Source of the DNA: Octopus sinensis
Taxonomy: Eukaryota
Assembly: GCF_006345805.1 (NCBI RefSeq)
Contig: NC_043016.1
Location: forward strand, 14,756,001 to 14,820,000
Direction of reading: 5' to 3'
Length of the DNA stretch: 64,000 bases
Below the pieces are notes generated by a model. That model was given only the letters and a program-made list of their open reading frames with translations, was not told the origin of the DNA and did not search any database. This document shows positions 46,791-59,405 of the stretch, in pieces (position 1 is the stretch's first letter; every line of letters begins with the position of its first letter). The translations under genes were made by a program, and so were the position numbers.

Positions 46791-48299
46791 AAATATATAA
46801 AACATTTGATATTAAAAAACTTACTATTATTATCATTTTTATTTTTTCCTCACACAGCTATTTTTGCCACCATATTTTGCTATCGTTGTTCTCAGTCCTA
46901 CTTCATGTTGAGTAGCTGGTAGTGGAAAATGAATAAGTTCAAAGCTTACAGCTGAAGCCATTATGTTGTGGCCATGAGGAAAATACAAAAGCCTGTTTAC
47001 TTAATATGCCAACTGAAAATAGGTTCCATTCAAACCTCATGGTCACACGACTAATTGTAGGAAGAGCAAATAACGGAGAAAAAAACATTTTCTGCAGTAC
47101 AGCCAACAAAGGAACCCATTCTGCTAGAAATAGTAACCAACACATACTCTCCCTCTCTCTCTCCCTCACACACACGCACTCTCTCTCTCTCTTTCAAATC
47201 ATGCCCCTAAAATCTTTAAAAAAAATTAAAGACACATCAAACAATTTAGTCTTATGTTATATGGGATGTCTTGGAAAATAGGTCTCCTTGATCTTGGGTG
47301 ACCTGGCACCAAACATCAACAACAGAACTTCAATAAGTCACACCATTTATAATGACAAGTCGTAACCTGTCCCCTAAGCATCCCCTACAGAAAAGAATTT
47401 CAACTTTATTAACCCAAGGTATCAGTTAGTTTATTTTGTTCACACCTGCAAATAGTGTCCTCATTTAAGCTGTTATGGTCACAAAATCTTCATTATGACA
47501 GTGTTCCCTCTTACCTTCTTTAAGTACTTTGTTGTATATGGGGACTCTTGGAATTTTAAACTGAACTCCTTATTAAAGAGATTTTTGCCATTCTATTTCC
47601 CATACCAGGAATATTCTCTTATTTGTTACTTTTCTACTTGTGATGTCAGTTAGTTGTTCTGCTTAAACCAAAGACTTTTATCAGAATTTGATCAAGAGAT
47701 TAAACTCCCATGCTTATTAGCTAAACTGACACATTTTACATTTAACCAGTTATCATATTTTGCTATTCCATTGCTCCGCCAACAACAGAAAACCTGTCAT
47801 TTTGGGAGACTATATCTTTTGGGCCTGGTTTTACAAATGAAGATTTTATGAAATTGGACTCTAAGAGAGAAGAAAGAAAATACTTATTAATACCGCTTAT
47901 ATTTTCAATATAAAAATGAAGAAATAGAGATACACCATTATTATAAAGCACAAAGCCTGATACTGTTAAATTTTTATAACTAATATCAGCATATGTCACC
48001 TTCACCGAATAGAAAGTTAAGTGCTAGGATGTGAATCTTAGACTATTGTCAGAATTGTATAGTTGTTCTTTTTGTAGTATCAATTTCTGAGACATGTTGA
48101 AATTTCTTAGAATAATACAAAGCTTTGTCTTGAGAAAGTTGAAATTAGGTAATTCAGCATAGATATTGTGGTTTCCTCAGTTATGTTTTTATAAGCTTAA
48201 TATAGGAAATACTAACAATAGTACAATAGTATAAGGTTTCAGAAAATTGGACCCAGAGGCAATCATTTTCATCTAAACTATAAGTCAAAAAAAAGGAGC

Positions 48300-48605
48300 C
48301 GTTATTAAATCATTCGACCTGCTAGAAAAACAGCCAAGTTTCTCTCAAATGACATTCTGCTGTCTTAAGTAAGGACAGTACACGTTAGATATTGGTTCAA
48401 ATTTTGGCACAGGACCACAAGTTCAGGGCAGGGGTTAAGATGATTATACAGACACCAATGCTCAACTGGTACTTATTTCGTTTACCCTCAAAGGATGAAA
48501 GGCAAAGTTGACCTTGGCAGAATTTGAACTCAGAATGCGAAGTCAGATGAAATGCTGCTAAGCATTTTGCCTGGCATGTTAATGATTCTGCCAGCTTGCT
48601 GTCTT
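48300..48605 (-). mobile_element. tRNA-derived SINE family B
   Basis: Reverse complement of gagctggcagaatcattaac...gagttcaaattctgccaaggtcaactttgcctttcatcc. Confidence 0.75.
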
Positions 48606-48736
48606 GCAGGCCACATTAGATATTATAGACTAATATAGAGACAGGATCACAGCTGGATTCCCCTTTATCTTAAGTCGTCTTAATTACAGTTGACCTGAAA
48701 TTAAGCTACCACAACTCTACAAGAATTGTACATATA

Positions 48737-48990
48737 TCATCATCATCATCATCATCATTTAGCGTCCGCTTTCCATGCTAGCATGGGTTGGACGGTTCAA
48801 CTGGGGTCTGGGAAGCTAGAAGGCTGCATCAGGCCCAGTCTGATCTGGCAGTGTTTCTACGGCTGGATGCCCTTCCTAACGCCAACCACTCCGTGAGTGT
48901 AGTGGGTGCTTTTTACGTGCCACCCGCACAGGTGCCAGATGGAGCTGGCAGACGGCCACGGATGGATGGTGCTTTTTACATGCCACCGTA
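48737..48990 (-). mobile_element. RTE LINE 3' end fragment
   Basis: (CAT)n then ttagcgtccgctttccatgctagcatggg...gcccttcctaacgccaaccact. Confidence 0.85.
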
Positions 48991-49793
48991 ATATATATAT
49001 TCAATGTGTTTAATGATCTTAGGTTGACCTTTGAGCAGAATGTCAGGAGCATTTAAACTTTCATAAAGAAATATCTACAGTTGTCCTTTCATTTAAATTT
49101 ACTTTTGCAATTCCAAAAAAGTCTATGCACTATCTTATAAACTAGTTGAGAAATTAGTTTCTTAATTGTTAAAAGGTTCATTAGAAAGAATTCATTAAGG
49201 AAAATAACAAAGCAGACAAAAATAAAATAAGATTGAAAGATATTTCAGACATAATTACAGCTGTTAATTATTTTCTTAAAATAATTCTCTAACATGATTA
49301 TTTATTTATTTCTACTTTAACGGTTTAGTTTGTTTGGTTTGGAATAAGGATCAGTGGCCCATGATTTATAAAGGTCCTCTGCAACTGCTGAATTTTATAC
49401 AACTAATACTCCTCTTGAATGGCTTGAGTTGATGGGTGCAAAAAGGAGCAGGAAGAGGATTCATGAGGACTAAAGAGTGGACACAGTGATTAGTGGTGAG
49501 GCTTAGAATGGAAAGATAGTATGTGTGATGTGAAGAAGAAGAAAGACAAGTGTACTTGAGTAGAGAATGGACACAACCAGCTGGCTCTGGGGTGCAGAGG
49601 TTTCCCACCACCAAAAAGAAATCAGTAAAAAGAGAGGGTACATCTGGGCAGCGAAAATTGGAGTATGTTGGTGAGGAACTTCATATAAGCCAGGTGGATG
49701 ACCCTTTCTTTTTAGAGGAGAGATTACAGTCAATAATAAAATAACGTTTATTTCCTTATTATTAATTATTATTGTTTTGAATTAACTTGGTCG

Positions 49794-49829
<36 letters not shown>

Positions 49830-49857
49830 TATCATTATTATTATCATTATTATTATT

Positions 49858-50060
49858 AAAGGCAGCGAACTGGCAGAAACATTAGCATGCCAGGCGAAAT
49901 GTTTAGTGGTATTTCATCTATCTTCTTGTTCTGAGTTCAAATTCCACCGAGGTCGACTTTGCCTTTCATCCTTTTGGGGTCGATAAAATAAGTACCAGAT
50001 GTACTCGATTTATCAACTTCCCAAAATTGCTACCCCTTGTGGTAAAATTTAAAACCATTA
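49858..50060 (+). mobile_element. SINE family B within a (CAT)/(ATT) array
   Basis: ggcagcgaactggcagaa (A box) ... gagttcaaattccacc (B box); ATT tail. Confidence 0.85.
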
Positions 50061-50064
50061 TTAA

Positions 50065-50095
<31 letters not shown>

Positions 50096-50134
50096 TATAA
50101 CTATTGTTATTGTTGTTGGTTTGAATTAGGTTTG

Positions 50135-50187
<53 letters not shown>

Positions 50188-50223
50188 TTTTATTATTATT
50201 ATCGTTATTACTACTATTATTGA

Positions 50224-50440
50224 AGGTGGCGAGCTGGCAGAACCGTTAGCACACTGAGTGAAATACTTAGCGGCATTTCCTCTGACTGCACATTCTGAGT
50301 TCAAATACCACCAAGGACAACTTTACCTTTCATTCTTTTGGGGTCATTAAATTAAGTACCAGTGAAACACTGAGATTGATGCAATCAACTAGTCTCCTCC
50401 CCCAAAATTTCAGGCCTTGTGCCTACAGCAGAAAGGATTA
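50224..50440 (+). mobile_element. SINE family B within an (ATT)n array
   Basis: ggtggcgagctggcagaacc...gagttcaaatacc...ggccttgtgcctacagcagaaaggatt(att)n. Confidence 0.85.
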
Positions 50441-50460
50441 TTATTATTATCATTATTATT

Positions 50461-52270
50461 GCCTTTGCACAGCTTCTAATGCTGGAGGTGTACTATGGTG
50501 TCAGCTGTTCACTACCAGGGAACTAAGGTGACACCTCTAATTTTTTGAGCACCTTCTGGAGTATTTGAGCGGTTCCAAGCAGTGCTGTTTTCTGCAATTG
50601 TTCCACCCTTATTGCAGCCCCCATTTGTTCCATGTACTTCTCAAGATTTTTACTCACTGTTCCTAGGGTTCCAACAATTATTGGTACTACTACCACCTTT
50701 TTTTCATCGACCACAACTGCTTAACTTCCCAAGCTAACCTGTCATATCTCTCAACTTTTCTTTCTTCCTTATCGCATACCTTGTTGTCAGCTGGGCATGC
50801 TATATCTATGATCCAGCATGGTTTGTTTTCTTTCTCAATTAAGACTATGCCTGGCTTCCTATTCTCTATCTCATGGTCGCACTGAATCATAAAATTCCAT
50901 AGGATCTTTGCATTATCATTTGTATGATGCCTTCAGCTTTATGATCGTAACAATTTCTTTCTCTGTCAAGACCATAATTGTTGCAAAGTGTCCAATGGAC
51001 AAGCTTTGCTATATTGTCGTGGTGTCTCTTATATTCCTTCTGGGCTAATGGTGTACATTGGCTGGTAATATGCCATATGGTTTCACTATTTTGTCCACAA
51101 ATTCTGCAGTTATCACTTTCAGATGTGTTGTCTGCTCTGTATTTTATGTAGTTTGTTCTTAGTGCTTGCTCTTGGGCAGCACAGATTAGAGCCTCCGTTT
51201 CTGGTTTTGAATCACTTTTAGTCATCTACACCCATCTTTTTTCTCTGTCTGTCTTATTTTAAACATCCTATGAAATTGTCCATGCATTCTTTTCTTTATC
51301 AACCGATTTTCAGTTTCATTCATTTTCAATTTCTTGTATAGTGCTTTATCTTTGCAATCTTTCATCCTACACAAGCCTGACCTTCTTACTTCTAATAATA
51401 GTGGTTCTATGGCATTTTTTACATACCATGCTATATTGTTTTTTTCTGCTCTAATGCTGTGTTCGCATTCAATCAGTTCTCTTCCCCCTCTTTTTTCTTG
51501 CTACATATAGTCTGTCTGTGTCACTTTTTGGGTGGAGTACCTCATATCTAGTCAGCAACTTCCTTGTCTTTCTGTCTAAGTTGTTTAGTTCGTCTACTCT
51601 CCCTGTGATTACCCCCTGCTCCATACTAAGGAGTGAAACTGCCCAGGTGTTGATAGCTTCAATCTTATTCTGTCCGTTTAATTTTGTCTTAAGGATCAGT
51701 CTCAGTCTGAGCAGGTACTCCACCTTTAATTTTTCTGTTATTTCTTTCTCTATCAATTTATCCATTTCCAAAATCCCCAAGTACTTATTGCCTGTCTCTT
51801 CTATCTGCTTCATAACTCAACAGTATCGATAGCCTGTCCATACATTTGATTTTGCTTCTCTTCAAGACTAACACACCACACTTTCTCAGTCTGAACTCCA
51901 TTCTGAGAAGTATACGCCATATCAACGAGGGAACTGACTTGGGCTTCATCTTTACCGTAAAGTTTGAGGTCATCCATGAATAACAACTATCGTATGCTTT
52001 ACGATAATTGATCCATGACATGGCTAATTTAGTTTTCCCTCTTTTGCAGTCTCTAAGTATAGTTTTGTCTATCAGGAGTTGATACTTGGTACCTCTGCAC
52101 TTATGCTTGCAACCCTTCTGCTCATGTGGTGAGACTCCATTTTTTTTCCAGATGTCTGTACATCGACTCTGCGACTATTCCAGTCAATAATTTCCACATA
52201 ACTGGCAAGCAGAATACTGGCCCGTAATTGTCTACTGTATTGCCTTTTACAAAGTTTCCAAGCACAGCAC
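50461..52270 (-). mobile_element. 5'-truncated R4/Dong-like LINE (RT end, CCHC knuckle, restriction-like endonuclease)
   Basis: YLGILEMD, LNGQNKIEAINTWAV, HPKSDTDRLY, CRICGQNSETIWHITSQC, RKPGIV...IIDIACP...EERKVERY, VPIIVGTLG; (TAA)n on both sides. Confidence 0.92.
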
Positions 52271-52297
52271 TGTCCTATTATTATTATTATTATTACT

Positions 52298-52664
52298 TTT
52301 TTTTTCTTCTTTCAAATTTGCTTCCATTTCTTGCCGAGTGTCTTCCCGACTCCTAGGGCAAAGAAACTCATAGTATACAATGGTAGGCCATTAAACCAAA
52401 CTCAGTAGATCGTTCATTTTTTTTTTTTTTTTTAGTTAAATTAAAATACATGAGCAGCAACAGTTCTCACATCGACAATGCTCTTCTCAATATGTGTGAT
52501 GTACCAGTTAAGACAATCTTTTGCACTTCTTGCAGGGATGGTAAGCCAGGGATCATTCTCATATAATTTCGGTTCCCTCTTGATCATTCCTAGTGCTCCT
52601 ACGATCACTGGTATTGTAACCGCCTTGAGATGCCACATTTTCTCAATTTCAATGAGTAGGTCTT
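52298..52664 (-). mobile_element. Short R4/Dong-like 3' fragment (endonuclease end plus 3' UTR)
   Basis: KDLLIEIEKMWHLKAVTIPVIVGALGMIK; (TAA)n on both sides. Confidence 0.8.
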
Positions 52665-52666
52665 TT

Positions 52667-52727
<61 letters not shown>

Positions 52728-53395
52728 TATTATTATTAATGCAATGAGCTGGCAGAATCGTTAGTATGCCCAGAAAAATGCTTCGTGGCATTGTTATTTG
52801 AATGCTGGCATGATATGCCACAAAGGGTAACTTGCACAAAGTGCTCGGAAGATTCCATAAAGTACTGCTGTTGCAAGCTGTTATGACACAAGACCACATC
52901 TATCCTGGATTGGGTCCCCCCCCCCACCACCACCACCACCACCACTCAGCTCAAGTGAGTTGGCCAGTCGGTTGTAATTTGTTGTCAGCAGTCACCACAG
53001 TAACAACTTTGGTCATTGTGTTACTGCCTGTTTTATGCTCTGTGGTGTGAAGATATTGTTGGAAATGGTCAGGAGATACCCTTATGGATAATAGTGGAAA
53101 GAAAAAGAGAAAACATTTATGCTTATTTATAACACAGAAAGTGAAATCAATAGAAGAGAACTTAACAGTTGCATAAGTGTGAAGCATTTGAGGAATTTGG
53201 TATTAGAACAATGACTATCTAAAACCTGAAGAAACTAGAGGACAAACTGTTTAAGTTTCTGGAGGAAAGAAAATGAAGATCTTGATTATGTATTGGGTGG
53301 AGTGGATTTGTTGGTGTAGGGTGAACGCATGCCATTTGATAGAATGCTGCTCATGAAACAATAAAAAAAATCTATCAAGAAGAATTGAATAATAC

Positions 53396-53793
53396 TGTTC
53401 TATATTTAAGAGATGAGGAATTATGTACATTATTTACATTTGATGGATATTTGTCCTCATCTTGTTTGCTGTTAACACAACATTTCGGCTGATATACCCT
53501 CCAGCCTTCATCAGGTGTCTTGGAGAAATTTCAAACCACTACGCCATATGGCTGTGGGCATATGGCATTGTGGTTAAAAGCATGGGCTACTAACCCCAAG
53601 ATTCCAAGTTTGATTCCAGGCAGTGACCTGAATAACAATAATAATAATAATAACATCGAAAAATCCCTTAGGAATGAAAACCCAGGTTTGAAATTTCCCC
53701 AAGACACCTGATGAAGGCTGGAGGGTATATCAGTTGAAACATGTTAACAACAAACAAGATGAGGAGAAATATCCATCAAATGTACATAATGTA
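53396..53793. mobile_element. tRNA-headed SINE with Penelope-like tail and an inverted tail copy
   Basis: Arms 53427-53537 and 53685-53793 are inverted repeats; centre has A box tggcattgtgg (53563-73), B box agtttgattcc (53607-17) and a (TAA)n spacer. Confidence 0.8.
53474..53519 (-). ncRNA. Minimal type I hammerhead ribozyme (Penelope-type)
   Basis: GACAC-CUGAUGA-A-GGCUG(gagggtatat)CAGCC-GAAA-UG-UU-GUGUU: core boxes intact, stems I and II pair, vestigial stem III; degenerate copy at 53703-53745 (+). Confidence 0.7.
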
Positions 53794-53974
53794 AGAGGAA
53801 TTGAATATCAAAGGTAGCTCTAAATATTCAACAGGTTAATTAGAAACATTTATGAAAAGGCACAGAATTAAATATTTAAAGGTTAATGGTAATGACTAAA
53901 CAGCTAATGTCAAAACAGGACATTGCAGGTGGAGACTGATATCTTACCTTTCTGATAGTATTATCATATAATGA

Positions 53975-54160
53975 TGTCAAGTGAGCTAACAGAATCGTTA
54001 GCAGACCAGGCAAAATGCTTAGTGTATGTTCTGAGTTCAAATTCCACTGATTCGACTTTACCTTTCATCCTTTCCAGGTTGATAAAATGAGTACCAGTTG
54101 TATACTAGGCAATGTAATTGATTTACTCCCTCTCTGGGCCTTGAGCCAACATCTGAAACC
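53975..54160 (+). mobile_element. SINE family B, diverged
   Basis: gagctaacagaatcgttagc...gagttcaaattccact...cctttcatcc. Confidence 0.7.
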
Positions 54161-54261
54161 ATTATGCATAAAAATTATTAAAATCATTAAATATTTATAT
54201 GAAAAACTATATTCAGTGTGTATATATCAGCTCTTTTATAAAATGTAAACTTTTACCTTTT

Positions 54262-54686
54262 ACTTGTTTCACTCATTAGACTGCAGCCATGCTGGAGCAC
54301 CACCTTGAAGAAATTATGGCCAATTGAATCAACCACAGGACATTTTTTTTTCAAGCCTAGTACTTATTCTGTCAGTCTCTTTTTTCTGAACTGCTAAGTT
54401 ATAGGGACATAAACACACCAACACCAGTTGTCAAGTGGTGATGGGGACAAACACAGACACAAATACATATACACACACAGGCATACACAGACACATATGC
54501 ACATGCATATTCATACACATATACAATGGACTTCTTTCTGTTTCTGTTTAACCAAATCCACTCATAAGGCGTTCTAGAAGCTATAGGAGAAGTCACTTAC
54601 CTAAGGTGCCATACAGTGGGAATGGACCCGGAGCCATGTGGTTGGGAAGCAAGCCTCTTGCCACACAGCCAAGCCTGCACCTATAA
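54262..54686 (-). mobile_element. SINE family A, near full length
   Basis: Reverse complement from the head (gccacacagcc...cctgcacct) to the tail (cttttacttgtttc). Confidence 0.8.
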
Positions 54687-55954
54687 GCCATGGCTATGGA
54701 TTTTTTTTGTTTTTTTAGACCTAGGTCTGATTGCCAAGCTGTCCTATTTTATAGAAGCAAACACATAAATACTCTGAAAATCCACAATAATTTCAGTTCT
54801 GTGAGTTTTGGATAAGGGATTCCCTGCTTCTTGCTTTTAAGATGTACACTTTGTGATTTAAGCACTAAAAAAGTGTGCCTATAAAGAGTTACATTCTTCA
54901 AAATTCCATAAACCCCTAAACTCCCAAATTATTTACCCAAAATTGCGTTACAGCAGAATTGGCAAAGAATACCACTTACTGCAACATCTGGTGAGAGTTG
55001 CACACCACCACCACCACCAGAAAAGCAAAGAATGCTTTTGTGCTTTATTGCAATAAAGCCTTCTGATTCCTTGTAAAATTGTTCTCACCCAACTTCATAC
55101 AATCCTCCTATTTATTACTTCTCAAACAAAATAGCTCTACTAAAAATACTCTTAAAAAGAAACCTCAGCATTTGCTTCCCATTTTGCATTTAACTCCTCA
55201 TTTCACTCTCTCGCAAAACTCCACTCAGACTGTCCTCCACTCACCCATTGTCTTGCTACTCCAGTTACAGTTGAGTATGTAAAAAAAAAAGCATTGATTT
55301 CTACAACCCACAAGCCATCTGTTCCACCACCTACAAACAATACACTCCACAACTAATTCCTATACTTGTGAAACACTTTCATGTCCCTCCCTCCCACTCT
55401 CCCCTTTCTCTCTCTCTCTCTACCTCCCTCCCTCTATCCCCCCTCCCTCTCATTATATCTCAGTCTTTGGGAACCTGCCTCAGTACAATGGTTCCCAACC
55501 ATTTCACTGCCAAGGACTCCTTTGATTTAAACAAATATCCCCATGGACTAGGTTTTAGAAAGGCTTATCTATCCAATAAGCCAATTTTATTAACTGACGA
55601 CCAAATTGTCCTATTTTAATCTCTTGATTGTAATCTAACTGAATAAATATATGCAATGGATTCATTAAATATTTAACATTGCAGCCTTTTAAAATTTTGA
55701 ACACAGCTCACAGACCCCAATACTACGAGTGAGGACTTCAGGTTAGGAACTTCTCTCATCTTATAATTCATCACCAAAATATTAATTTATCTGACACTTC
55801 CAACAATTGACATGTTGGACTCATTTCCTGCATGGGAACAGCTTTCAATCATTCTCTCTCATCTTCAAGATTTTCAATTATTCTCTCTTGTCTACAGCTA
55901 GCAGTACTCCATTCTTTGAATTAGATCCACTGAGAACTTGATTTTCATTTCACA

Positions 55955-56180
55955 AACGGTCCCTTGCACTTGACATTGACAAAGATTTTGAATCTTCCAG
56001 CTAAGTTTCCTGCCTTTGACCTCTGTTAGTCATTTCTTGAATCAAACTCTTCCTGTTAAACGAGACATTCTCTGACTGACATTCTATTAACTCTGGTGTA
56101 TTCCAAGGATCTGTTACATTTTCTCATCATCATTCTGAACATTAACAATCCACTTACCATTGTATCTAACTCTACAATAC
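55955..56180 (+). mobile_element. Degenerate CR1/Jockey-type RT fragment
   Basis: ALDIDKDF (ALDISKAFD-like) and INSGVFQGSV remnants. Confidence 0.55.
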
Positions 56181-56336
56181 TCACACTGCTGGTTACTACT
56201 TTCCACTCCTTAACCCTCTGCTTAGACAGACATAATCCAAATGCTATGTAAACATGAAATGAGACCTTGAAGGGAATCCTTCAGTAGGAGACAAAAACCT
56301 AATCTCTAGCAGAGAGCACAATGAAAATATATATAC

Positions 56337-56730
56337 AGGCACAGCAGTGGCTATGTGGTAAGAAGCTTGCTACCCAACCATGTGGACCTGGGTTCAGTCC
56401 AACTGCATGGCACCTTGGACAAGTGTCTTCTACTATAGCCTTGGGCTGACCAAAGCCTTGTGAGTGAATTTGGAAGGCGGAAACTTATATATATGCATAT
56501 ATATATCTATGTGTGTGTCTTGTTTGTCCCCCCATCACCACGTGACAACCAGTGTTGGTGTGTTTATGTCCCCATAACTTAGCAGTTTTGCAAAAGAGAC
56601 CAATAGAATAAATACCAGGCTTAAAAAATAAGTGCTGGGGTCAATTCATTCGACTAAAAATTCAAGGTAGTGTCCCAGCATGGCCACAGTCTGATTACTG
56701 AAACAGGTAGAAGGTAAAAGATAAAAGATA
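56337..56730 (+). mobile_element. SINE family A, full length
   Basis: Head, TA/TG spacer, ccataacttagc...caaaagagacc, ccagcatggccacagtc, gtaaaagataaaagat tail. Confidence 0.88.
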
Positions 56731-57183
56731 TATTCAAAGAAAACACAGTTACATGCTCACCTTCTCACATCAACACAAAGCTAAAGCTCTTAGACTCACT
56801 GGAAAGGTTAGCTTTGTAACCTGTGCAGTTTCTCGTGTTAACCTTATACGCATGACTACCAAACTGCACCCAAAAGCCTTGGCTTTCTCTTCTCAAAATA
56901 AATACCTCAGGTCTGATCAGTCACTAACTCTCTTCAAAGTTTAGGTACAGCATTTGAGTGCTACTGTTGCTCATGGTATACATGCAGATATCCTGGACTA
57001 AATGTCATCCTGTTGGCTGGCAAAAATTTATGCACCAACAGAAAGCAACCTCTAGCAAACAGACATACTATAACAGTTCTTTTACTCTGCTGTCCATTCT
57101 ATAATGGCTTCTGCTTCCCTGAGTTCTGTGTTTGAAAATATAAGGACACAGATCATGTCATATAGCCAGCTGGAGATGATGTC

Positions 57184-57310
57184 TCCTGGGGCTAAATTAC
57201 AGCAACATTCATCCTAAACCAGGACTGCCATGTTGTGTTGGCAAACAATCTTAACTCTAAAGTATTGTTGCTGAATATCTCTCATTGTAAGATTTAAAAA
57301 TAGTAATTTT
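57184..57310 (+). repeat. Second copy of the loop, right arm and flank of the 23.5 kb hairpin
   Basis: ctcctggggctaaattacagcaacatt...aaaccaggactgccatgttgtgttggcaaacaatc...ttgctgaatatctc; no left arm. Confidence 0.9.
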
Positions 57311-57577
57311 CAAACTTCATATTAGTCCCATCAAATGCATTTGCTTTTTCTCCTGTTACGCATATTCAGTCTCATCTCCTACAAAATATTTTATCCCTAC
57401 CCAATAGTCTGAGAGCCCTTTGTAACCCCCTCAGTATTTTTTAAAGATTTTAATCCACAGATATTTGGACTAAACACCAGCCACATTAATCTCATAAATC
57501 TGGGAAAGCCAGATAAGGTTAAGCAGTCTGTCCCTCTTCTTTTGGATAACTTTAAATAAAATGAAATATTTTATATT

Positions 57578-57796
57578 AGTGTCAAGAACTGTCAAAACAC
57601 AGTGTCAAGAACTGTCAAAACACTGTGACAAGAACTGTCAAAACACAGTGACAAGAACTGTCAAAACACAGTGACAAGAACTGTCAAAACACAGTGTCAA
57701 GAACTGTCAAAGACACAGTGTCAAGAACTGTCAAAGACAGTGTCAAGAACTGTCAAAGACAGTGTCAAGAACTGTCAAAAACACATTGACAAGAAC
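57578..57796. repeat. 22-24 bp tandem minisatellite, ~9.5 copies (agtgtcaagaactgtcaaaacac)
   Basis: Direct reading; units are head to tail without spacers. Confidence 0.95.
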
Positions 57797-57857
57797 ATCA
57801 GGTGAGGCAAACGAATGAAAACAAATATATGACAGGTTATATTCCAATTGTCTAGAA

Positions 57858-58150
57858 CAGTGATTCTAACTTATTTTTATCTATAGACTCCATTGTTTGC
57901 TATTTTATTGTGGTGGACCCCATTGCCATTTGATGTTTAAAAGATTGTTTTATGGATACTTCTTTACACATTCACTTGTGAAAGGTGTAAAACATTAAAG
58001 AAAGAAACCTAGTTGCTTCTTGCAATAGATACATTTAAATCAAAGTTTTTCATGGACCCCTAAAATACTACTGTAGATCCTCAGCTTACTATCTAGATTG
58101 CATGGACCTCCAAAAATCTTATATGGACCCCTACTAGTTGAGAACCACTG
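57858..58150. mobile_element. hAT (Charlie/Buster-type) MITE
   Basis: 8-bp TSD gtctagaa at 57850-57857 and 58151-58158; TIR cagtgattctaact / agttgagaaccactg. Confidence 0.88.
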
Positions 58151-58876
58151 GTCTAGAATATTCCAGTCACATAAAAACATCCAAGAAATTACATAAGTGC
58201 TATATGAATAAATACACGTGTATGTTTATAAATATTTATATATATGTATATGTATATATATATATAGTAATAATAATAATAATAATATGAGGGAATATTA
58301 TTCCAAACTTACAGGGAATATATATATATATATATATAGAGAGAGATAGAGAGATAGATAGATAGATAGATAGATATAGATATATAGATATATATATGGC
58401 ATATTCCAAATGGATAAGGTAATGTAATCTGATGGTAGAAAGAATTCCATGAATTAGGTACTCCAAAACCAGACTGAAGGATGAAGGTCTGTGTGAGCAT
58501 GTGGAAAAAAGTTAATAAAAAAAAACAGAGGAAAAAGACAAGAAAAAACAACACTGCAAGGACGTGGTACATGCAAAGTATTAATAAAACACTCAAGGAA
58601 GGAAAAGAGAAGTTGTTTTACATTTCAAGCAAACCTCTTCTTTGGAAACAGGAGATATAGGAAAGTCCCAAAGAAAAAGAAGAAGGGAAAAAAATCGCCA
58701 ACAATCCACATGTAGTTACATGTGGACTCTTGGTCATTCCCCCCCCCCCCCCATTTCTGAAGGAGAGCTTTGCTCAAAACACCAAAACACCCTTTCTTTC
58801 CTTCCCTGGGTGTCTTTGCATGTATTAATCCTTACGTTGCTGATTTTTGTTGTTGTCTTTTTTTCTATTTTTTTAA

Positions 58877-58879
<3 letters not shown>

Positions 58880-58919
<40 letters not shown>

Positions 58920-59089
58920 ATATATATATTATATATAATATATATATATATATATATACACATATATATATCATCATCATCATATATAGATTAGACTGGA
59001 GCCTGGTGCAGCCTTCTGGCTTCCCAGAACCCTGGTCGAACCGTCCAACCCATGCTAGCATGGAGAACGGACGTTAAACAATGATGATG

Positions 59090-59127
<38 letters not shown>

Positions 59128-59184
59128 TATATATATATATACATATATATATATCATCATCATCATCATCATCATCATCATATG

Positions 59185-59215
<31 letters not shown>

Positions 59216-59216
59216 T

Positions 59217-59248
<32 letters not shown>

Positions 59249-59350
59249 ATAACACATATATATATATGATGATGATGATATATATATGTGTGTATATATA
59301 TATATATACATATATATATACATATACATATATACACATATATATATCTA

Positions 59351-59405
<55 letters not shown>

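Noticed and set aside
57578-57796. CRISPR-like appearance of the 23-bp repeat
   Set aside because: No unique spacers, no cas genes, eukaryotic context
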